A program made the translations under genes and the position numbers. From Malacoraja senta (taxonomy: Eukaryota), in NCBI GenBank assembly GCA_038087875.1, contig CM075989.1, positions 24,678,001 through 24,742,000 of the forward strand: a DNA stretch of 64,000 bases. The letters are read 5' to 3'. Every line of letters starts with the position of its first letter. The first letter of the stretch is position 1. The notes below the pieces were generated by a model. It ran no database searches and was not told the origin of the DNA. It was given only the letters and a program-made list of their open reading frames with translations. Shown here in pieces: positions 36,480 through 48,114 of this stretch.

Positions 36480-36870
36480 TATGGGCCCGGGGGGCGGTCC
36501 ACTGGGGGCTACAGCTTAGACTTGGCCCCGGACAGCCGCAGCTCAGACCCGGGCCGGCAGCGGGGCTCAGACCATGGCCGGGCAGGGACGGGAGAGAGGC
36601 GGCTACAGCTCAGACCGGCCCGGCCTCCCTCCCTCCCTCCCTCCCTCCCTCTCTCCCCTCGCCCCGCCTTCCTGAGCTCACACTGCGGGTAATGTCCATG
36701 TGAATTAAATATACTAAAACAAACTTCAGCGCCGCCGCTCTCCACAGAAATAGCAGCGCCTTATTTAAACCCCTGCTCAGAAACATACAAATATCTCATG
36801 TTACTTCTGCGGTAAATATGGTGAACGTCCTGGTATAAAAGATGCGTGTGTGTGCGAACTATGTACAGCT
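36480..36870. promoter_or_regulatory. CpG-rich promoter-like segment
   Basis: GC boxes (GGGCGG ~36492, CCCCGCC ~36662), four GCT(C/T)AGAC repeats, TATAAAA at 36834-36840; no downstream gene identified. Confidence 0.3.
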
Positions 36871-38198
36871 TTGGTGACCGCCTTTGGTCACAGTTTATTT
36901 GCACTGATGTTGGATTATTGATCTTTAGTTTATTATCTATTATCTGTGTTTTACAGGGTTGGTACGCTCATCGTGGAATTTGTCGCTACATGTGACAATT
37001 TAACACTCTACAAACTCCTTTCTACAGAGGATGACAGATGATTCTGAAGAAGGGTCTCGACCCGAAGTCGCCCATCCCTTCTCTCCAGAGATGCTGCTTG
37101 TCCCACTGAGTTACTCCAGCATTCTGTGTCTATCTTCGGCTTAAACCAGCATCTGCAGTTTTTTCCTACACAAAGACCTAGGGGTAGACTCGACGGGTCG
37201 AATGGTCTAACTCTGCTCCTATGATTTATGAACTTATGAGTCTGAAGAAGGGTCCAGACCCGAAGCATTCCCTCCACAGATGCCGCTGAGTTGCTCCAGC
37301 ACTTTGTGTTTTGTTCCAGATACCAGCACCTGCAGTTCCCGGCCTCTCTCTCTCTGGTGGGAGTTTGGAGTGCTCTGACCTGGGGAGCCGACACTCGCGG
37401 TCCAGTCGCAGAGACAGACAGACAGACAGACAGACAGAGACACAGACAGACAGCCAGACACCGGCCCTGAGCTGCGGGTAGGACGCGCCAACGGCGCTGC
37501 TAGAGAAATTACAGCAACTTATTAAAAATCCGTGCTCTCAAAAATCCAAATCTCTCATGTTCCCTCGAGGCTAACTAGGTTTAACGTCCTTGTATATGAG
37601 ACGCGTGTCTGCGAGCTGTCAAATATAGACGATAGACTCATAGTGCTGGAGTAACTCAGCGGGTCAGGCAGCATCTGTGGAGAACATGGATAGGTGACGT
37701 TTTGGGTCGGGACGCTTTTATGACTTACGTTTGTGTGTGCGTGGCCGCATGTGTGTCTCTGCGTGTATGTGTGTGTGTGTGTGTGTGTGTGAGAGCGAGA
37801 GAGAGGGGACATTCTGCAGTGGCCTGATCTCTCTCCCTACATCTCCGCGACTCGTCAGACGCTGCTATAAACGAGCGTATTTAAATATCCTCTAAGCAGC
37901 CAAGGCGATTTTTAACTATTTAGCATCAAAATGAATCGCTCTGTCGCTGGTTATTTAATGGATCTCTGGAGCCTCGACTTTAATGACGCGCCAATGAAAA
38001 CTAGTATCTTTACTTCGGCGACTTCTGCGTTCAGAGGGTCACGACAAACGCCGTTGCTGGCAGCAATGTCGCAGCGAACTTCCTCTCGTCCTCGGACGAT
38101 GCTAAACGCTCGGATAAATCGGCCTGACATTAAACACCGAAAGGTAGAAGCGAGGAACTGCAGATGCGGCCAAAGAAAGACATGAAGTGCTGGAGTAA

Positions 38199-38393
38199 GG
38201 TACACAAAAATGCTGGAGAAACTCAGCGGGTGCAGCAGCATCTATGGAGCGAAGGAAATAGGCAACGTTTCGGGTTTCGGCCTGAAACGTTACCTATTTC
38301 CTTCGCTCCATAGATGCTGCTGCACCCGCTGAGTTTCTCCAGCATTTTTGTGTACCTTCGATTTTCCAGCATCTGCAGTTCCTTCTTTAACAC
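38199..38393. mobile_element. Inverted pair of Penelope-like termini inserted in another Penelope-like repeat
   Basis: Near-perfect inverted repeat with ~75-bp arms; 14-bp TSD AAGTGCTGGAGTAA at 38185-38198 and 38394-38407. Confidence 0.85.
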
Positions 38394-38614
38394 AAGTGCT
38401 GGAGTAACTCAGGGGTCAGGCGGCATCTCTGGTGGAAAGGAAGGGTCTCCACCCGAAACGTCACCTATTCCTTCTCTCCACAGACGCTGCCTGAGCCGCT
38501 GAGTTACTCCACCTGTCTGTGTCCGTCTGTGTCCGCCTGCAGCTCTTTGTTTCCACGGGAGGGTTATCCGAGGTGGGCGCGCGTTGTTCAGCCTCATTGG
38601 CACTGTACACGGAC

Positions 38615-38915
38615 TGTGTGAGTGTGTGTGTGAGTGTGTGTGTGTCTGCGTGTCTGTGTGTGTCTATGTGTGTGTGTGTGAGTGTGTGTGTGTGAGTGTG
38701 TCTATGTGTGGGGTGTCTGTGTGTGTGTGTGTCTATGTGTCTATGTGTGTGTGTGTCTATGTGTGGGGTGTGTGTGTCCATGTGTATGCGTGTGTGTGTC
38801 TGTGTGTGTGTATGTCTGTGTGTGTCTGTGTGTGTATGTCTGGGTGTGAGTGTGTTGTGTGTCTATGTGTGAGTGTGTGTGTGGGGGGTGTATGGGGGTG
38901 TGTGTGTGTGTGTGG
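38615..38915. repeat. Degenerate (GT)n-rich low-complexity tract
   Basis: Seen directly. Confidence 0.9.
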
Positions 38916-40445
38916 GGGGAGGGGGTATACTGGGCGTGGATCAGCCGGGGTCAACGGGGGAGGGGGGACAGACACCCCCAAAAACCCATTCCTCAATCCG
39001 GTGTTGGGGGGGGGGGGGGGGGAGGCGTGGGTGGGCGGTAGGGGGGGGGGGGACGTGTTGACGAGGAACTGCAGGTTCACGCCGGCGCCGCTCCCCCAGC
39101 CGCCTGAAGATGGGTCCCGACCTGAAACGTCTCCTCTCCACGTTCTCCACAGATGCTGCCTGACCCAGTTACTCCAGCACTCCCAGGCAAACCAGCATCA
39201 AGCTGAGATCTTGCGGTGGGTTCATCATGAACCGGGGACGGACTGACGGCGCATCTTTAGTTTAGAGCAGGGGTGCAGAGCTGGCGGGACCCACCGGCAC
39301 CTCTGTAAAAAAAAACAAAATAAACAGCGGGGAATTTGAACTACGGTCGGGGTAACCTGGTTAAAAGAGGGGGAAGGGGAAGACCCATCACTACTGAGGG
39401 TCCCTGTTGATGGGGCGGGGGAGGGGGGGTAGGGGAGCACTGGGACCCAGCAGAGTCACACCACGTACAAGTTGTGGGCCTGGTGCTGAGCCTGGGGCTC
39501 TGGTGAGGTGAGGTGAGGTGACGGCTCTGGCCCGCTGGTGGCCGGTGGAGAGGCGAGGGTCAGCGGAGTCGCTGGTGGAGGCCCGTGGGGGCTGGACCCC
39601 AACCATCTCTCCTTAAATCTCTCACCTTGAAAACGTCACCTGTCCCTCTCTGCCATGCTCCAAATACAGATGCTGCTCCACTTTCCCTTTACCTGGGAAG
39701 ATAGATGTCATTAAAAAGATTTTATCTGCAGCACAGTTCAAGCAGTCGATTCCTCTTCATCAGATTTCTCTTCAATTTTATTGACCAGGACGCTCGGTTC
39801 ACTGACAGAGCGACAGATGAAGTCGCTTTGTCCCCTAAGCTCCCATTGCAGAGAGATATTATCTGAAGAGAAGTTTACAGAATCCAGCTACTCTCTGCTC
39901 TCACAAATACCCCGCAGTCTATGCCACTGTGTCCATCCAAAATGGCAAGAACAGATTTTATGGTCTTCGAATTATGAGCAAAAGACGCATGGTCACATCG
40001 GCTCCTGTCACAGTTAAAAAGTTGGAGTAACTCAGCAGGACAGGCAGCACCTCTGGAGAGAAAGAATGAGTTCATCTGCAGCTCATTCCATATGCCCACC
40101 ACCCTCTGTATGAAAAAGCTGCACGTCAGGTCGGTAATAAATCTTTTCCCTTTCACCTTAAACCTATGGCCTCTAGTTTTAGACTCCCCTACGCTGGGAA
40201 ATTATTGTGACCTTATCTATGCCACAAAAAGCTTTTCACTGTACCTCGGTACACGTGACCATAAAATAAACTGAACGGACTGATACAGTCATATGGTACG
40301 GTCAAAGGCCCTTCAGCCCAACTCGTACCTGCTGCCCTAGAAGTCTAAGCTAATCACATTTGCTTGTGTTTGACTCATATCCACCTAAACATTCCTATCA
40401 ATAACATTCCTATCTGTAACATTCCTATCAAAAACATTCCTATCC

Positions 40446-41010
40446 CTTCACACTGGCATCAGCCAATCTTCCCTGTCCCGCTTGCAACTGGTCCAAAACG
40501 CCGCAGCGAGACTCCTGACGGGCACCCGAAAAAGGGACCACATCACCCCGATCCTGGCCTCTCTCCACTGGCTCCCTGTGCGGTTCCGTATAAACTTCAA
40601 GATCCTCTATGTCTACAAAGCCCTCAATGGGCTTGCCCCCACCTACATTAAAAGTCTTCTCACCCACTACTCCACCGCCAGGTCCCTCAGATCGGCTGAC
40701 TTGGGATTGCTGAATATCCCGCGGTCTAGGCATAAGCTCAGGGGCGACCGCGCCTTTGCGGTTGCAGCTCCTAGACTGGAACAGCATCCCTCTTCTCATC
40801 AGAACTGCTCCTTCCATCGACTCCTTTAAGTCTAGACTAAAAACGTATCTATACTCCCAAGCCTTTCTTGACGTCCTCTGAGCGAGGGCTATATGTATAT
40901 ATGTATGTAGTTTGTTTTGTTTATACTATTCTTATAACAAATGTAAAACACTTTGGCCAACGAGAGTTGTTTTTTAAATGTGCTATATAAATAAATGTGA
41001 CTTAACTTGA
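40446..41010 (+). mobile_element. L2-clade LINE 3' fragment
   Basis: ORF 40482-40829 LQLVQNAAARLLTG...HITPILASLHWLPVRFRINFKIL...GDRAFAVAAPRL; tail TGCTATATAAATAAA. Confidence 0.9.
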
Positions 41011-41069
41011 ATAAATCTGTCCAAAAGATTTTTTTTATAAGCATTATAAAGCATTACTCTTTAACACCT

Positions 41070-41355
41070 CCGCAGGCATAGCTTTAAGCTGAGAGAGGCA
41101 ACGTTTAAAGGAGTTATGCAAGGCAAGTTTTAATACAGATAGTGGTGGGTGCCTGGAACGCGCTGCCAGGGGTGGTGGTGGAGGTAGATACGACAGTGGT
41201 GTTTAAGAGGCTTTTAGACAGGCACATAGATGTGTAGGGAATGGAGGGATATGGATCATGTGCAGGCAGAGGAGATTAGTTTACTCTGCAATCACGTGTG
41301 GTATGGATACTGTGGGCTGAAGGGTCTGATCCTGTGCTGTACTGTTCTATGTTGT
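41070..41355 (+). mobile_element. CR1 3' fragment
   Basis: GTGGTGGGTGCCTGGAACGCGCTGCCAGGG motif and CTGTACTGTTCTATG tail. Confidence 0.75.
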
Positions 41356-41749
41356 AAGTACCTGCTTCCCCAACAAGTAACGCAAGACCACTAATGAGGC
41401 CAAAATCAACACTAGCTGCAGAAGTACTGACAAAGCCCGAGGTCCAACATCATCAATGTGTTAACTTCAGCTATTAAAGCAAGTATTAGATTTTATATTG
41501 TAAAGAGAGATTGTTGTCTTCAAGGCAGTAACTTCAATCTCAGAGTCTTGAAGCAACTGGTTCCAAGTATCATCAACGCTGCTTAACTGAATTAATGTTC
41601 ATCTCTTTGCCAGACATCAATTGAATTGAGAAAAGTCTAATCCAAAACTCAATACACGTAAGATGTCAACAAAGATAATGACTGCCAAAGAGAAGCATCA
41701 GGTGTGAACCACTGGGATGAATGAGTTGTCTTGTAAGGAGCGATCTATT

Positions 41750-42146
41750 GGAAGCATTGCCTCAAGATGGCAGCCAATATCATCAAAGATCCAGTTCATC
41801 TTGGCCATGCTCTCATCTTGCTGCAACCATCAGGAAGAAGGTACAGGAGCCTGAAAACCATGACGTCCAGGTTCAAGAACAGCTTCCCAGCAACCATCAA
41901 GCTCTTGAACACTGCACAACACTATCCCCAGCAACTGTGATGTACTCTGCACTGCATCTTTGGTTATGAGCTTTGGTTTTGTGCTATTATGGTTACCTGG
42001 TATTACTGTTAATAATTTATAACATTATTGATTATTAGATATTTTTCTGTGTGTTATTGCATTAATGGGCTTGTTAATCTGCAGCAAGTAAAAATGTCAT
42101 TGTTCCATTGCTGGAACATATGACAATTAAACACACTTGACTCTTG
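41750..42146 (+). mobile_element. Rex1/Babar-type 3' fragment
   Basis: ATCATCAAAGATCC...CATCAGGAAGAAGGTACAGGAGCCTG...AAGAACAGCTTC plus TGACAATTAAACAC tail. Confidence 0.7.
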
Positions 42147-42641
42147 TGTGGGAACTGCAGATGCTGGTTTAAATCGAAGAGTGACACGAACTGTTGAAGT
42201 AGCTATCCATACACTTCCTTATCTATGTACCTCCCACTCCCCTGACATCAGTTTGAAGAAGGGTCTCGACCTGAAACGTCACCCGTTCCTTCTCTCCAGA
42301 GATACTGCCTGTCCCTCTGAGTTACTCCAGCGTTTTGTGTCACTCTTGATTCTTGAGTAGGTTGAAACTGTAGTCAATGGAGATCAGAAGAATGTTGGAA
42401 CATAGAAGGTTTGAAGGGTGGGGGGAGAAGGGGAGGGGGGGAGAAGGCAGAGGATATTATTTGGGTGACACTGTGAGGATATCCCTCCTCATGGAGAAGT
42501 TCAGAGCGCAGGGCGTGGTGACAGAATCAGGGATCGCCGTATAGCTTGAAGACAATGTAATTGGTCTTCTGCAGATGGTCATGAACTTGAAGGTTGGGAG
42601 AGAATTGTAGACTTGTAACTGGATTGTGGATAGAATTGTTT

Positions 42642-43027
42642 AGGGCAGCATTGTGGAGCAGCGGTAGAGCTACTGCCTCACAGCGCTAGAGACCCGGGTT
42701 TGATCCTGACTACGGGTGCTGTCTGTACGGAGTTTGTATGTTCTCCCCATGACCTGCATGGATTCTCTCCAAGATCTTCGGTTTCCTCTTGGACGGTTTT
42801 CTTGGACTACACCAAAGACGTGCAGGTTTGTAAGTTAATTGGCTTGGTATAAATGTATAAATGTAAATAGTTTGTATAGGATAGTGTTAGTAGGATGTGT
42901 GTAGTGTGTACGGTAGTGTGTGTAGGATAGTGTTAGTAGGATGTGTGTAGTGTGTAGGGTAGTGTGTGTAGGATAGTGTTAGTGTGCGGGGGTCGCTGGT
43001 TGGCGCGGACTGGGTGGGCTGAAGGGA
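42642..43027 (+). mobile_element. V-SINE with an internal ~46-bp tandem expansion (~42875-42985)
   Basis: Head and V-domain, then repeated GTAGGATAGTGTTAGTAGGATGTGTGTAGTGTGTA. Confidence 0.8.
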
Positions 43028-43509
43028 GCTGAGGTCAAGATTAGATCACCCATGATACTACTGTACTTTAGAGCAGACTCAATGATCTGAATGACCAATT
43101 CCTACTTCTTTCAACAATCTTAAGTCCTTACTTTAAATAATCTGCTCATGGAAGAAGTTAATCAATGTTTCCACTGTGGACGAATGCTTCAAAACTATTG
43201 GAGTAGCTCCCAAATACCTTCATGGTCCATGATCTCAGCTGATGCCCAAGTTAGACCAGAATCTTTACAAACCTGTGCTGCATAACTCTGTGACTCTATG
43301 CCAGAGGATAATTCTGGTGGATCAATTGCCCTCAGCACTCCTGGGCCAAAGAGGAGTCCCTGTGCCTTATTACAATCCAGCCAATTTTGAAATGCTAGAA
43401 GCAATGATTTAAGGTGCATAATCCATATCCCTCCAACCCCTGCTTTTCTGAATGTCTTATCTGTCTCAATCATCAACCCTGGCAGCATGTTACAGGCACT
43501 CACCACCTT

Positions 43510-43888
43510 CTGTTTCTTGCTATTGAGGGAGTGCAACGTAGGTTCAACAGGTTAATTCCCAGGATGGCGGGACTGACATATGATGAAAGAATGGGTCGAC
43601 TGGGCTTGTATTCACTGGAATGTCCAAGTCACCCTGCATCCTCAATGCTATGAGGATGCAGGGTGACTTGGACAGGTTGGGTGAGTGGGCAGATGCAGTT
43701 TAATGTGGATAAATGTGAGGTTATCCACTTTGGTTGCAAGAACAGGAAGGCAGGTTATTAACTGAATGGTGTAAAGATAGGAAAAGGGGAAGTACAACAA
43801 GATCTGGGTGTCCTTGTTCATCAGTCACGACAGTCAGTAAGCATGCAGGTACAGCAGGCAGTGAAGAAAGTGAATGGCATGTTGGCCA
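43510..43888 (+). mobile_element. Rearranged CR1 RT fragments with fold-back junction
   Basis: Downstream piece (LAIEGVQRRF) precedes upstream piece ([10 protein letters not shown]); the two are joined by the 24-bp inverted repeat at 43621-43674. Confidence 0.8.
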
Positions 43889-44961
43889 CAAATTTAACAA
43901 ACAGACTGGTCATTCCTTCTTCTCCCTGCTGCTGTGAGGCGAAAGGTCCAGAAATCTGCACCACCAGATGAGCAACAACTCCTTCTCAACCTGCACTTTT
44001 GTTGTAGATTGACCGGTTGTGTTACTCCAGTACTTTGTGTCTTGTTTTCTAAACCAGCATCTGCGGTTCTTTGGGGATTAACCAATATTGCTAGTGTTAT
44101 ACTCAGTAGTACCAACATCTCCCTTTTTCCCTGAACTCATGTTGCCCCCTGGGAGAGTGGACCTTCCCTTGTGTTGCCCATTGAAGCCTCGTCACTACAG
44201 ACTGCAACCTGTTCCAAAGAGAGAGATCAGATGTCACCAGAAACCCACTGTAACAACTCTGGACACTACTCTTCCAGGGTACAGGACATTACTTGGTACG
44301 TACCCTTCCAAAGGTTGTCTATGTAGACAGCAAGACTTAACCTGTTGGGGTCATGAGGACCAGTGGGTGTATTGTCCAACCAAGGAGTTGTTCTGAAGTC
44401 CTGAATTTGGTTTTCTTTTGGGGGGGGGGGATGCAGCGTGAATTACAGTAAACCCTTGCTAAAGTGAACCACACTGGGCGGGCAGGGCAGGGTGGGGGGG
44501 GGGGGTTGGAAGAGAGATTGGGGGGAGATGGAGCATGAATTACAGTAAACCCTTGCTATAGCACACTGGGCGGGGGTTGGGTGCGGTTGAGAGGGAGGAG
44601 GGAGGTGGTGACTGTTATTGCCAATGTTCTGCTACAACCAAATAAGGGGCTTAATATGTACAGTACTCTTGGAAAAAACAGCAAATAAACATACAATAAA
44701 TAAACAGTAAAGGGCACAAAATATACCATGCCTTGTGGTGGCACAGTGGTACTGCAGTAGAGCAATGTTATCTATGATTGAAATTCTTGATTCTCTGCAT
44801 TTCTTTGCAAAACGAGCTGTGATTTGGTGAGAATTATGGCTCATCCTATTCAGTCCCATTGTGCTATTAGACAGTGTGTGAGGCAGGAGGCAGAGAAGGA
44901 AAGCACTCAGACCCAACATGTAGGGGGGAAAGAAGAAAACAATAATAAACAGAGAATAAGA

Positions 44962-47900
44962 GGTGGTGGGGTTCTTAAATGGGTGAGCAGAGAAACAGAG
45001 GGGTGTAAAATGCGGGCAGAAGCAATAGGTAGCAAGGTGAAAAGTAAAAGTGGCAGGCAGACAAATCCAGGGCAAAAATCAAAAAGGGCCACTTTTCAAC
45101 ATAATTGTATAAGGGGTAAGAGCGTTGTAAAAACAAGCCTGAAGGCTTTGTGTCTCAATGCAAGGAGCATTCGTAATAAGGTGGATGAGTTGAACGTGCA
45201 GATAGCAATTAATGATTATGATATAGTTAGGATCACGGAGACATGGCTCCAGGGTGACCAAGGCTGGGAGCTGAACATCCAGGGATATTCAATATTCAGG
45301 AGGGATAGAGAGAAAGGAAAAGGAGGTGGGGTAGCGTTGCTGGTTAGAGAGGAGATTAACGCAGTGGAAAGGAAGGACATTAGCTTGGAGGATGTGGAAT
45401 CGGTATGGGTAGAGCTGCGAAACACTAAGGGGCAGAAAACGCTGGTGGGTGTTGTGTACAGGCCACCTAGCAGTAGTAGTGAAGTTGGGGATGGCATCAA
45501 ACAGGAAATTAGAAATGCGTGCAACAAAGGCAAAACAGTTATAATGGGTGACTTCAATCTACATATAGATTGGGTGAATCAAATTGGCAGGGGTGCTGAG
45601 GAAGAGGATTTCTTGGAATGTATGCGGGATAGTTATCTAAACCAACATGTAGAGGAACCAAAGAGAGAGCAGGCTATTCTAGACTGGGTATTGAGTAATG
45701 AGGAAGGGTTAGTTAGCAGTCTTGTTGTGCGTGCCCCTTGGGCAAGAGTGACCATAATATGGTTGTGTTCTTCATTAGGATGGAGAGTGACATTGTTAAT
45801 TCAGAAACAACGGTTCTGACTTAAAGAAAGGTAACTTTGAGGGTATGAGACGTGAATTGGACAAGATTGACTGGCAATTAGTTCTAAAAGGGTTGATGGT
45901 GGATATGCAATGGAAGGCATTTAAAGACTGCATGGATGAACTACAAAAATTGTTCATCCCAGTTTGGCAAAAGAATAAATCAGGGAAGGTAGTGCATCGT
46001 GGATAACAAGGGAAATCAGGGATAGTATCAAAGCAAAAGATGATGCGTACAGAATTAGCAGCCAGGAAAAAGCAGCATACCAGAGGACTGGGAGAAATTC
46101 AGAGACCAGCTGAGGAGGACAAAGGGCTTAATTAGGAAAGGGAAAGATAGATTATGCAAGGAAACTGGCAGGGAACATAAACTGACTTCTGCAAAGGTTT
46201 GTAGATATGTGAAGAGTGAGTGATTAAAACAAATGTAGGTCCCTTGCAGTCAGAAACGGGTGAATTGATCATGGGGAACAAGGATATGGCGGACCAATTG
46301 ATAACTACTTTAGTTCCGTCTTCACTAAGGAAGACATAAATAATCTGCCGGAAATAGCAGGGGGCCGCGGGGTCAAAGGAGATGGAGGAACTGAGTGAAA
46401 TCCAGGTTAGTCGGGAAGTGGTGTTGGGTAAATTGAATGGATTAAAGGCCGATAAATCACCAGGGCCAGATAGGCTGCATCCCAGAGTACTTAAGGAAGT
46501 AGCTCCAGAAATAGTGGAAGCATTAGTGATAATTTTTCAAAACTCTTTAGATTCTGGAGTAGTTCCTGAGGATTGGAGGGTAGCAAACGTAACCCCACTT
46601 TTTAAGAAGGGACGGAGAGAGAAAACGGGGAATTACAGACCAGTTAGTCTAACATCGGTAGTGGGGAAACTGCTAGAGTCACTTATTAAATATGGGATAG
46701 CATCACATTTGGAAAGTGGTGAAATCATTGGACAAAGACAGCATGGATTTACGAAAGGTAAATCATGTCTGACGAATCTTATAGAATTTTTCGAGGATGT
46801 AACTAGTCGAGTGGATAGGGGAGAACCAGTGGATGTGTTGTATCTGGACTTTCAGAAGGCTTTCGACAAGGTACCACATAAAAGATTAGTATAAAAACTT
46901 AAAGCACATGGTATTGGGGGTTCAGTATTGATGTGGATAGAGAACTGGCTGGCAAACAGGAAGCAAAGAGTAGGAGTAAACGGGTCCTTTTCACAATGGC
47001 AGGCAGTGACTAGTGGGGTACCGCAAGGCTCAGTGCTGGGACCCCAGCTATTTACAATTTATATTAATGAACTGGATGAGGGAATTGAAGGCAACATCTC
47101 CAAGTTTGCGGATGACACTAAGCTGGGGGGCAGTGTTAGCTGTGAGGAGGATGCTAGGAGACTGCAAGGTGACTTGGATAGGCTGGGTGAGTGGGTAAAT
47201 GTTTGGCAGATGCAGTATAATGTGGATAAATGTGAGGTTATCCACTTTGGTGGCAAAAACAGGAAAGCAGACTATTATCTAAATGGTGGCCGATTAGGAA
47301 ATGGGGAGATGCAGCGAGACCTGGGTGTCATGGTACACCAGTCATTGAAAGTAGGCATGCAGGTGCAGCAGGCAGTGAAGAAAGCGAATGGTATGTTAGC
47401 TTTCATAGCAGAAGGATTTGAGTATAGGAGCAGGGAGGTTCTGCTGCAGTTGTACGGGGTCTTGGTGAGACCACACCTGGAGTATTGCGTACAGTTTTGG
47501 TCTCCAAATCAGAGGAAGGACATTATAGCCATAGAGGGAGTGCAGAGAAGGTTCACCAGACTGATTCCTGGGATGTCAGGACTTTCATATGAAGAAAGAC
47601 TGGATAGACTTGGCTTATACTCGCTAGAATTTAGGAGATTGAGAGGGGATCTTATAGAAACGTACAAAATTCTTATGGGGTTGGACAGGCTAGATGCAGG
47701 AAGATTGTTCCCGATGTTGGGGAAGTCCAGGACAAGGGGTCACAGCTTAAGGATAAAGGGGAAATCCTTTAAGACCGAGATGAGGAAAAACTTTTTCACA
47801 CAGAGAGTGGTGAATCTCTGGAACTCTCTGCCACAGAGGGTGGTTGAGGCCAGTTCATTGGCTATATTTAAGAGGGAGTTAGATGTGGCCCTTGTGGCTA

Positions 47901-48044
47901 AAGGGATCAGGGGGTATGGAGAGAAGGCTCGGTACGGGATACTGAGTTGGATGATCAGCCATGATCATATTGAATGGCGGTGCAGGCTCGAAGGGCCGAA
48001 TGGCCTACTCCTGCACCTATTTTCTATGTATCTATGTATCTATG
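44962..48044 (+). mobile_element. CR1-clade LINE (HER1-like), 5'-truncated, same subfamily as 22809-25763
   Basis: APE endonuclease and RT homology; tail TTTCTATGTATCTATGTATCTATG. Confidence 0.95.
45009..47950 (+). pseudogene. CR1 ORF2 (APE endonuclease + reverse transcriptase), disrupted
   Basis: ORF pieces 44824-45819, 46382-46894 (premature TAA) and 46928-48136 ([14 protein letters not shown]); several frameshifts in 45730-46380. Confidence 0.95.
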
Positions 48045-48086
48045 TAGTGAGCGTAGGAACAGGATGCTGCAACCGATATCCCTTGT

Positions 48087-48114
48087 CTGAAGAAGGGTTT
48101 CGACCCGAAACGTT
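48087..48114 (+). ncRNA. Minimal hammerhead ribozyme core in a Penelope-like repeat
   Basis: CUGAAGA-A-GGGUU(UC)GACCC-GAAA-CGUU. Confidence 0.6.

Noticed and set aside
37850..38150. Possible endogenous viral fragment (CpG-rich, AT-balanced)
   Set aside because: No viral protein similarity recognisable in the frames I read; treated as part of the CpG-rich duplicated zone
38584..39246. 220-aa ORF and other Cys/Val- or His/Thr-rich ORFs
   Set aside because: Translations of (GT)n/(CA)n microsatellites
39781..40017. 78-aa ORF after a pyrimidine-rich acceptor
   Set aside because: No recognisable domain; length expected by chance
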